Assembly (NCBI RefSeq): GCF_009914755.1
Contig: NC_060926.1
Origin: the human T2T-CHM13v2.0 reference genome, Homo sapiens
Length of the DNA: 64,000 nt
Strand: one strand, 5' to 3'
A model generated the notes under the pieces. That model saw only the letters and a program-made list of their open reading frames with translations, was not told the DNA's origin and searched no databases. The position numbers were made by a program, and so were the translations under genes. Shown here one piece after another: positions 53,834 through 64,000 of this stretch; the first letter of the stretch is position 1, and the number at the start of each line of letters is the position of its first letter.

Positions 53834-56800
53834 TGCCCTCGTGGGTCTGCCCATGGTTCAGCAGCCCCCCTCCAGTGATGGATTCAGAGGCCAGCCCAAG
53901 CAGCCACCTAGTTCTCTTGGACTGGAGGCTAACTCTGGTCCTGTTTCTACTGGTGGGGTGCTGCCCACCCAACATGCAAGGATCTAATTGCAATAGAGAA
54001 GTAGTCCTGGGGAGACGTCCCATAACTGTATCCCCATCACAGGGTGTCTGTCTGTAGGCCCATTGCAGGGTGTCTGGGTTGGTGAGTATCCTAGGCACTG
54101 CCAATGCCTCCTTCCTTCTCCTGACTGGTTCTCTCGCCCCATGGTGGAGTGTCTGTCTGTAGCCTCATTGCACAGGGTGTCTGTTGCTCCACCATGGGGT
54201 GTCTGTCCTGGTTTGGCTCCTGAAAGGCCTTGGTTGGCTCTCCCTAAATAATAGGAAGGGTATTGGTTGAGGAGACTTCTCCTCAATCAGGAAGATTTCG
54301 GGGAGATTTCTCACATGGAGAATAGGAGGATAGTTGGGAAGGTATACTCTGGAATTCTTGGTTAGGGATCTTGATTCGGAAGGCCTTCTGTCCATCTTGT
54401 CTTTGTGTATGTGTTTGTATATGTGGAGAATATTTCTGAAGGAATTGCTGATGGAAGTCTAGCAGGCCTAACTCAGAGAACCCTCCTTATCTATCTGGTC
54501 ACATTCAGTGAGTCCGGAAAGAAGTTTAACAGGCCTGATTGAGGGTAACTGCTCTTCATCTTGCCCAGAGACAACCCATTGAATTCTGGATTGGAGGTCA
54601 CCCCTCCCCACCTTGAGTGGATCAAAGACAACAGGGACCAATGGGAAAAAGTTTCAGCATTGCCAGGTTGATGTTGGGTGCTGAGCGAGGTGACCAGTGT
54701 CCATTGTGTTATGTGTATTTTGCTTCTGCTGGGATGGAAAATGTTAATTTGGTTCCCTATGCAGCTCATCAGGCAGCATCTTGCATAATTGAGAAGCTTT
54801 TGCTGATGGTTTCATAAAACAGAAAAGGATGATTTTCTTTTGTAATGGGGCTTGGTCGCCGACAGCTATGGCACAGTGAACAGGGCCATCAAAAGCCTCT
54901 CCATTCTTCTGGAAGCTGCAGAGAAAGGGGACCCAGAAACCTGGTATACCAGCAAAAAGGGTAAGAAATTCTTATCAGTCAAGTTTCTGGCCTGCCTCTC
55001 TTTCTCTTTCTTTCTCTGCATGTCGGGTGATGGTAAATGATAAACATCACTGTGTCTCCTCTGCAAGGGTTTTATTAATAGTAAAAAAAGGATTTGTGAG
55101 ACTAGTCATAGGCTATAGCAAATCTGGTGCACTTTGTGCCAAGAATTTGTCTTTCTGTAATGGAGAGGAGGGTATCACAGGATAGAACGTGGGCTTAGGA
55201 CCCCTGTAAGCCAACTTTTCAAGCCAGCCTGGCAGGCTGGTCCGTTACAGACTTTGCTGCGAGTCCCTGAAACCAATACCAGATGAAATTTGTCTTGTTT
55301 TGTGTCCTTAAGAAGTTAACATTGTGACCATGTGGGGATACTTTATCTTGGTCTCCACCATCCAGAGGACAGGAATTTTGGGGTTCATGTCACAGCCTTA
55401 AAAATTACCTTGAGCAGTTAAAAGTCTTTGCAAGCTTGAAATTGGCTGCTGCAGACTTCTTCTGGGAGAAACAATGCTCAGTGCTGTGTAGTTTAGTAGC
55501 TAAGGCTTTATCTTTTGACAGCGGTGGCCCAGGTTCAATTCTTGGCTTCCGAATGATTCCTTTCTGGTTTGTTATTTGTGTAACTTTGCCATGTATGGAG
55601 GTTCCCTCCCTCTCCCCATGGATAGCTTCTGATTTCCTGTCTTGAATTTTCCTTTCTCTGAACTAACCTTGGGAAGATTCTAAATCTTGTTAAAAAAAAA
55701 AGAAAAAGAGAAAAAAAAGAAACTGCTTACCATCTCTTTAAAACACCTTATGCGTTAATGGTTAAGTTATAACCTTAGTTAAGACTTACTATTTCATGTG
55801 GGAGGTTACCTGGGGTAGAATTCAAAGGCCGGAAATATTGGCTGTCCTGGCTAGAGTCTGGTAATAAGAGATTTAAAAAAGAATTTTTTAACAAAAGAAC
55901 TCTGTGGTTAAAATTGGCTTAATTAAAAATGGATATTCAAGCTATATATATTTAAAAGACTTTTTTTCCTTTTCTTGAATCATGTTTTTCTTCTAAAGAA
56001 AAGGGAAAAATGTTTTTCTTATCAGTCAACTAACCTGTTTTTCTTCATTTTGTCTTCTTGCCACTGTTGATGCCCACATGAGAAAACATAAGATAATTAC
56101 TAACAGCCTGGGCTGCCTGGGGAAAAACAGGAGGTACCATGGACCCCATTCTGGGAAAAACTTCTGTTTTCCCATGGAACCCCAGGAATTGAAAGAAAAT
56201 AAATCCCTCTCAAAATCTAAGGCTCTGTTCTCTTTTGCACTGTGTTAGCTGATGGTTTTGACTTTTGGGGGTATCAAACATTACTTTGCATTGCATTAGC
56301 TGATGATTTTGACATGTGGGGGTATCAAATTACTTTGCATTTTAGCCTTGGTGTATAATAACTAGGTAGAAAATATACTTTAAGGGATGGCTGAGGCAGT
56401 TATGGAGAAATACTTTGCTCTTTGCACACTTGGATTAGAGAAGCATGCTCTTGGCCACCTGGAAGATATGGAAACATCCCAATCCCCCCAACTGAGAGAT
56501 AAGACTTCCTTGGGGGATGGGGTGATTACAAAATGGGCTGACTGTCTTTGAGTTGCCTTGCAATAAAATGCATGGTAGAAGCACACCACTATCTTCTCCC
56601 ATAGTATTCCCCTCCTTTTTGGGGATCCATGATCCAGTATAAAATGGCACCCTTAATTTTGGGGATTTGTTTTTGCCTTCCTGCTGTGCCTGCTTATTAG
56701 GTCCTAGAAACTGCAAGCTTTCCTGGTTCTGTTCCTCCAAGGGCTCCACCCTGAAGTCAGTAATCCAATTAAGAAACTGGCAAAAGGAAGATCTTACAAC

Positions 56801-59015
56801 TGCTGGATCTTCTGTCTGTCTGTTTGTCTGTGTATTTATATGTGTTGTGTGTGTGATGTTTATATAGAAGAAATCTGATTAATTGGCTTAGAAAAATAAG
56901 CGCTTAAATAATATTTTTTTCAGAAAAATAGAAACTTTAGAACAATGCCTTTTTGTTCGCGTGACTTTAATAATCATTTGGAAATAAAGACAGCTTTAAA
57001 GATGATTGGTAAAATAAAAATGTCTTCAAAATTTGGACATTTGGTCTAAATTAAGGTCAAATACCAAATTCGCTAAATGCTTTAAGGTCATAAACTGCTT
57101 CTTTGACTTTTGAAAATTGTTCAATTTATCTACTTTGAAGCATTAAATTCTAGATAAGGCCTGGGGACATGTGGAGTAAAATTGCTTACTTATCAAGTAT
57201 TTCACCAAAAATAAAATTTGCTAAGAGTCAACATTGTAACATGTAATTAAGACTACTAAGAAAACCAGTTTTACATACAGGGTGTATAAGAAAAGTAAAA
57301 TGTATTTTTGGTAAAAAAAAAATTATAAGATGGCATGAGAATGTAGTTTCTGTTAAAGGAAATGTAATTTTGTCAGAGGGTTTTATAGATTTCTTACCCT
57401 AAAAGAGTAATGGGACAAAACTTAAGGCTTAAGAGAGTTAAAGAGGGGTCATAGAGGACTGCTCTTGTAAAAAAAGTTCTGTGGATATAAGCTAGTTGGC
57501 TAAGATACAATGATGACTAATTTTTTTTCCATAGGTTAAACATTAGAATAAAAGCACACTGATGGGGGGTCAGAATCTGGGCTCATATGTCCAAATAACA
57601 GGGTTTTATTAGAAAATTAATTTGCTGGTTAATAAAAAAAATTGTAAAGCATTCTTAAAAAAGTTTACAAAAATCTTACCTTATGGTCAAACTAATTAAA
57701 ACTGGATAGATTATAAAATATGTTTTTAAAACTAGCTTTTGCATTTAAGATGCACTAAGGTAAACATAAAAGTTGGTTTCTTCTTTTTTTAAAAAAAAAA
57801 GATTTTTATGTAATACTATGAAATGCTGAAAGATTTTTGTTTGCCTTTTAAGTAAATTACAAAAAATGTGGGAATTGGAGAGAGAAGAGACAGATTCAGT
57901 TAGCTTTTTGCTATCTTATTGGGTCTTGTTTGGAAAACTGAGTCTCCCATCTAGCAGAGTAAAGGGTTGTCTCTTTTAAAACTTTTGAGTTATCGTTTTG
58001 GCTAAATAAATGACTTATGGTGATCTTGGATTCTATTTTGTGATATCCAGTGTTTTAAACCTTTGATATTTGACAAACCTTCCAAGATCAAATTCTAAGT
58101 TATTAACGTAATAATTAGGTCCCCTAAGTCCAAAAAGACATATTCATCTTATTTAATGTATTAAAATCATGCAGTAAATTGTCAAATATAAAATGGTGTT
58201 TAATTTTGGGTTATGTTCATACATATATGTTATTAGTATCTGTTTCAGAATTGTATAAGATTCCTATAATTCTGGTATGCCTCCGTATATGTTATCAGTA
58301 ATAATTATAATTGTTATGTTAAATTCTTTTGTGCCACAGAGGTAATACATTTCCTCGTCAATTGTGCCTTTGTGGCTGCCCTAAAATGTTTTTGTCATCC
58401 ACAGACAATTGTTGTCTCATTTTGGTTCTCTTCAGAAGACGGTTTTATAATCAGGTATAAAACTTTTGCAGGTGCTCTCAAATGCAAGTTTCTGATAACT
58501 TTGGAGGTTATGACATTAGAATAAAATAAGAAACTTTCAGGACTGTCATGGATAGCTGAAGTGATCATGAATATCAAACACAACACGAGTTAATTGAATG
58601 GACTAAACTAATAAAAAACTGAAGTAATCTTTTTTTTGACTTTTTGCTTAAAACATTGCTGATCCTTTTTGTTTTCCAGAGCCAAGAACACTTTTCTTTT
58701 GAGCTATTTACTGCTTTTGACAATTGAGTAAAACATACTCCTGTGAATAAAATTTGGAGCATATTTGTTTCTCTCTATCTGATTTCTCCAGAATTTGGAA
58801 ACTATTTGTGAGTATTCTTAACTTATGGCAATATAGTTATTTGCATAAGTGCATTAAGAATGTTTTCTTTTGAAGAGACTGGTTGTTTCACCAAGGCTTT
58901 TACTGGAATGGCATGCTTTCCTTTAAGGAATCAAACTTGACTTATAGAGCCAATAAACATTCCTTGGGAAAACTGGCCTCATACCTTGTCTACACAGTCC
59001 CTGTACAGGAATCCT

Positions 59016-59684
59016 TGTAACCACCCAAGGGATTCACCTTGCCCACTGCCTAGACAGAGTCGATTCATCAAGACAGGGGAATTTCAATAGAGAAAGAGTA
59101 ATGCATGCAGAGCCAGCTGTGCAGGAGACTGGAGTTTTATTATTACTCAAATCAGTCTCCCTGAGCATTTAAGGATAACTTGGTGGGTTGGGGGAAGCCA
59201 GTGAGCCAAGAGTGGTTATTGGTCAGAAGTGAAATCACAGGGAATCAAAGCTGTCTTCTTGTGCTGAGTCAGTTCCTGGGTTGGAGCCACAAGATCAGAT
59301 CAGCCGGTTTGTTGATCTGGGTGGTGCCAACTGATCCATCAAGTGCAGGGTCTGAAAAATGTCTCAAGCACTGATCTTAGGAGCTGTTTAGGGAGGGTCA
59401 GAATCTTGTAGCCTCCAGCTGCATGACTCCTAAACCATAATTTCTAATCTTGTGGCTAATGTTAGTCCTACAAAGGCAATGTAGTCCCCAGGCAAGAAGG
59501 AGGTTTGCTTTGAGAAAGGGCTATTACCATCTTTGTTTAAACTATAAACTATAAGTTTTTCCCAAAGTTAGTTCAGCCTAAGTGCAGGAATAAACAAGGA
59601 TAGCTTGGAGTTAGAAGCAAGATGCAGTTGGTTAAGTTAGATCTCTTTCACTGTCTCAGTCGTAATTTTGCAAAGGTGGTTTCG
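59016..59684 (-). mobile_element. LTR8 solo LTR inserted antisense in the ERV internal region
   Basis: tgtaaccacccaagg ... tttgcaaaggtggtttcg; 4-bp TSD tcct (59012-59015, 59685-59688). Confidence 0.88.
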
Positions 59685-61259
59685 TCCTGACTTGTGGTAA
59701 GTAAAGAATGTCACTTTCTAACAGGCCCAGGAGCCCCAGATTATCTTGGGACTTTCAGAAGAATTTACCCAACTTGTAGGTATTTAAGTGTACAAACACA
59801 TGGCTGGGCTCAGCTTAAAACAGTCTTATCTGAAATTCCTTATGGAACAGAGTTCCATCAAAGCCAGTTTAAAAAGCCCATATGAAAAATAATTATTCTT
59901 GGTGCACTTATACAAATAATCAGGCCAAGTATAATAAAGCAAATTGGTGTTACCATTATTTGTCTTTAGTAAAAATGAAAAACTGGAGAGAGAAAAATCA
60001 TGTTTGAAAAACTATAGGATACCTGTTGTTAGATGTTCTTAAGTTTTTCTTTTTTTCTGCAATTTAGATTAAATCCTAATATTTTTGTGGGCTACAGGTC
60101 CCTAAATTAATGTTTTCAAATCTTTACTTTTAAAACTGGGAATTGCGCTTTTTATCCTAGAACTCATTATTTACTTTATAGGACACTGTCCACTTAAATG
60201 CTGTACTGAAAGGTGTTAGTATAGATAACAACACTAACACCTTTGTCATGCAAGCCTTGAAACCCCAGCCAGGCCTGCCTGAGTATGCTTGGACAGTTGC
60301 AAAGCAGTTCTACTCTCCTCCCCTTGGGGTCAACACCTACCCTCACCACAACAATTTAATTAGTTACAGTTTGTTTTCTTTTCTGTACTGTTTGTTTTTC
60401 TTTTCCTTTCTAATTTAAAAGAGTGTGTTTAACCCTCCATCTTAGACAATGTGATAGTCATGAAGTCTTTGTGTAAGAAAAGAAGAAGAAAAGATAATCT
60501 GTAATGAAGATCAATAGGGGTCTTCTCTGGTGCCCTTCAGTTAACTACTGTCTTTTACAAAACAACGTAGGTAAGGAAAAAAGTTAATCTATAACAGAGA
60601 AATAAAAATCACATTGGCCTAGGTGACAGCTGCCTGCTTATGTTGACTCAGGTACCATAATCACATTCCCTTAAGGCTCAGATATTTTAAAGTTCCAACA
60701 GCTTAGATTTTAAGTGACCTATTTTTACAGAGGAAGGATTCTGAGCATATTCTAAGGCAATGACATTTAAGTGGACTTTCAGCCTAGTTCAAAGGAAAAC
60801 CGGGCCTGATTCATAAAGAAGGAAAATTGAGGATAAAGAACTATAGGGAAAAAAAAAGTTACCACTATAGGTGTATGACAGACATTTAGACTACAAGGAA
60901 GCCTTTGATGACCCAAAGGCCTGGAAGGGGGTAGGGGGAGGTGATAATCAGGGAGAAAAGGCTCATGTTATTGTAGTGGCCTTGGAAATGGGAAAACTGT
61001 GGATGAAAATGTCGGTAGGATGGGCACCACAGTTACTCCAGAAGTGATGTCAGGAGCCATGCTAATAGATGGGAACAGATTGACTCCAGGATTCACTAAT
61101 GAGGACTGTCTGAAGACTGATAATTTGTTTGGGGTAATTCACCATCTGTAATTGTTCATCAGGCTAATATGTCTTGGGCAGTATAGTTACTTAGGAAAGA
61201 GAGTTTCTGGTTTGTGTGAACTGACCTGCTTCAGTCCATGAGAGGTGATGAACTGATAC

Positions 61260-61681
61260 TGTTATTGAAATGCCAAGGGTTCAATCTAGGTCCCATTACT
61301 TGCCACACAGAAAGCCAATCACTGAGACAACAAGTATTGACAGGGAAGAAGGCTTTAATCGGTTGCTGCAGCCAAGGAGATGGAAGATCATTCTCAAATC
61401 TGTCTCTCTGACTGACTAAAATTGGGGGCCTTTATATAGTGGAGGAAGTGATGTAGCTACATAGGGGGAGGAATTAGAGAGGGTTAGGAAGCAATCATGA
61501 TGAGTGAAGAATCTGGTGCCTCATTGTCTGGATCTGGAGAGCTGATGGGTTTCAGTTCCTGAGGAAGGAACTCAGATGTGACAAACGTAAGTTTCAAGTT
61601 TTAAGCACCAGGAGGGTCAATTTCTATGTTTATTGAAAAAGCCTTAAATGTCATTTCTATGGGACAATTGGGCTGTTTTCA
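61260..61681 (-). mobile_element. LOR1-like ERV1 solo LTR
   Basis: Minus strand TGAAAACAGCCCAATTGTCCCATAGAA...AATAAACATAGAAATTGACCCTCC; TG...CA ends; near-TSD atac/acac. Confidence 0.75.
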
Positions 61682-62247
61682 ACACCCGAATCTATAGTTT
61701 CTGATTCTCACTTTTTGTGTGTGCATTATTGTTGTTGTTTATTGTTTTTTATAAGGGGAGTTTTCTGTATGTAAAAATACTTCTCTTATTGCGTTGAATT
61801 GGTTGTACAATTGATCATAAGATACTCTATCAATAAAATAACAGATTTTGGGGAAACAAAAATACTGCATGACATGCATGTACATTTCTTTTTCACATTA
61901 AAAAATACTATGTACTACAGGATCACAATTAAGGTTTGCATTTAATCCTTTTATACATTTAAAGTCTGAAGATTCTTCTAGGTCACTTTTTGACATTGAC
62001 AAGCTTGTACAACATCACGGTGACACTGACATCACTTGGATATGATGACTGAGCAAGATTGAGTATGAAGAATGACCCCCTAGGATGACTTTTATATGAC
62101 TGAATGGAGGGTGATGCCTTTTAGTTGCTACGTAGAGCCATGGAACAGATCTGTGGAACTAGATCATGAGATGAATTTTGGATATGTGGAAGCATTTTGA
62201 AACATTTCTTTGAGAAATTCAAATGGAGCTATCAAATAACCAACTGG

Positions 62248-62538
62248 GGCCAGGTACGGTGGCTCACGCCTGTAATCCAAGCACTTTGGGAGGCTAAGAC
62301 AGATGGATTGCTTGAGCCCAGGAGTTTGAGACCAGCTTGGGAAACATGAAGAAACCCTATCTCCACAAAAAATGCAAAGATTAGCTGGGTGTGGTGGCAC
62401 ACACCTGTAGTCTCAGCTACTCAAGAGGCTGAGATGGGAGAATGGACCCGGGAGGTGGAGGTTGCAGTGAGCCAAGATCACGCCATGGCACTCCAGCCTG
62501 GGTGACAGCGCAAGACCCTGTCTCAAAGAAAAAAAAAA
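62248..62538 (+). mobile_element. Alu (AluJ-like)
   Basis: Full Alu body. Confidence 0.88.
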
Positions 62539-63267
62539 GCCATTGGATAAAAGTCTGGAATTGAGTGGCAAGGTCTGTAAATCTGTGAGTTACCTCCATC
62601 AGGGTGGGACTTAATATCATAAAATGATATTTTATAAAGGTTGGCAGTGGAGAGGATCCAAAATATTAGGGTATGGGTAAGGTTTAGAGGCTGGAAGGAT
62701 GGTAATCCATGATATGCAGTGGTGAAACAGTGGATAAAACTATCTCCTGCAAAAACTTGGGAGAAGTATCGTATATCTAATAAAGTTTAGCTTTAGACGA
62801 CAAGATGGAAAAATAGAATATTAGAAGCTCATGTGGGTTTCTATTGGATGTATTTGCCAGACATTATTAGAAAGAGATGAACTCAGAAAATAATTACTGT
62901 GTTTGGAATCAGGAATGAAAAGGAGGACAGAAAATTATGAAATTCAGGGACTTATTCTTGGAAGAAGCAATGGCTTTTCAACTTCAACTAGAGAAAGCTA
63001 ATACTAAGAAGGCTTCCGAATAACAAAAGCTGATTAAAACTAAGCTTTGTGTCAAGGGTCAAACCCGCTGATATTAAAACAACTGAATGAAATAAGATGT
63101 TTCAGAGTAAGCGTCCAGCCAAATTTGTCCAGCCCAGTAAATAAATACCTTTAGTGACTCAGAAAAAAGAGATTAAATGTGAGGCAATCCCTGTGCAGCC
63201 TTATAAACAGCAGGTATGCACAATTAATTTGTGAGAGAGCATTTTGAATGTAAGAAAGCAAATACAG

Positions 63268-63565
63268 GGCCAGGTGCGGTGGCTCACGCCTGTAATCCCA
63301 GCACTTTGGGAGGCCGAGGCGGGCAGATCACGAGGTCAGGAGATCAAGACCATCCTGGCTAACATGGTGAAACCCCGTCTCTACTAAAAATACAAAAAAT
63401 TAGCCAGGCGTGGTGGCAGGTGCCTGTAGTCCCACCTACTCGAGAGGCTGAGGCAGGAGAATGGCGCGAACCTGGGAGGCAGGGCTTGCAGTGAGCTCAG
63501 ATGGCGCCACTGCACTCCAGCCTGCATGACAAAGCGAGACTCCGCCACAAAAAAAAAAAAGAAAG
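63268..63565 (+). mobile_element. AluY-like
   Basis: Full Alu; TSD aagaaagcaaatac. Confidence 0.93.
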
Positions 63566-63673
63566 CAAATACGTAGGCATTCTGAGTACCCTGTCTAAGG
63601 AGAAAAATAAAATCTAGGGACATAGAACTGACAGGAGTCAGAACATAAGGGGCTTGTTTTAAGGAGGTGATAA

Positions 63674-63960
63674 GCTGGGCATGGTGGCTCACACTTGTAA
63701 TCCAACTTTGAGCAATCCCTCAAGGAGAATTACCTGAGGCCAGGAGTTTGAGACAAGCCTGGGCAACATAGAAAGACCGCCACCCCTCCGCCAAAAAACA
63801 AGCTGTCCATGGTGGGTACCCCTGTAGTTCTAGCTACTTGGGAGGCTGAGGTGGGAGGATTGCTTTAGCCCAGAAGGTCGAGGCTGCAGTGAGCCAAGAT
63901 TGTGTCATTGTACTCCAGCCTGGGTGATAGGAAAAGACCCTGTCTCTAATAAAAATAAAC
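63674..63960 (+). mobile_element. Alu (AluJ-like)
   Basis: Diverged Alu body. Confidence 0.82.
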
Positions 63961-63966
63961 ACATAG

Positions 63967-64000
63967 GCCAGGGGTGGTGGCTCATGCCTGTAATCCCAGC
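63967..64000 (+). mobile_element. Alu 5' start, cut by the window edge
   Basis: ggccaggggtggtggctcatgcctgtaatcccagc. Confidence 0.8.

Larger units (their letters stand above)
53812..60345 (+). mobile_element. MER4-group (HUERS-P1-like) non-autonomous ERV internal region, no 3' LTR seen
   Basis: Follows the LTR and PBS; AT-rich MER4-int-like text; no gag/pol/env-length ORF in the ORF track. Confidence 0.7.

Noticed and set aside
51883-55066. Cluster of ORFs in the LTR/leader region as possible retroviral genes
   Set aside because: They lie in LTRs or leader and show no gag MHR/zinc knuckle, protease DTG, RT YxDD or env motifs
62600-63250. Possible MaLR internal (MLT-int) fragment
   Set aside because: Resemblance too weak to assign boundaries or family by eye

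Overview
Human (primate) genomic DNA that I recognise as the RASGRP3-FAM98A locus on 2p22.3. Bases ~1-6.9 kb carry the last three exons and 3'UTR of RASGRP3 (+). A repeat-rich intergenic block follows (7-25.8 kb: ancient fragmented L1M, Alus, MER DNA transposons). The complete 8-exon FAM98A gene lies on the minus strand, convergent with RASGRP3. Its exons join by GT-AG splicing into a 1557-nt CDS (518 aa), driven by a CpG-island promoter at ~41.3-41.9 kb. Upstream (45-62 kb) is a dense cluster of endogenous retrovirus LTRs, including an LTR8A-like/HUERS-P1-like non-coding provirus with a tRNA-Pro PBS. Its 5' LTR carries nested HERV-K(HML-3) MER9 and HERV-W LTR17 solo LTRs with intact target-site duplications. 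I see no foreign or prokaryote-like system. The best leads are a long open +1 frame across the FAM98A RGG exon, the nested LTR composite, a duplicated CTCF-like motif between the convergent genes, and possible alternative RASGRP3 3' ends. Gene and repeat family names come from recall of known sequences, not from a database search, and repeat boundaries without a stated TSD are approximate.
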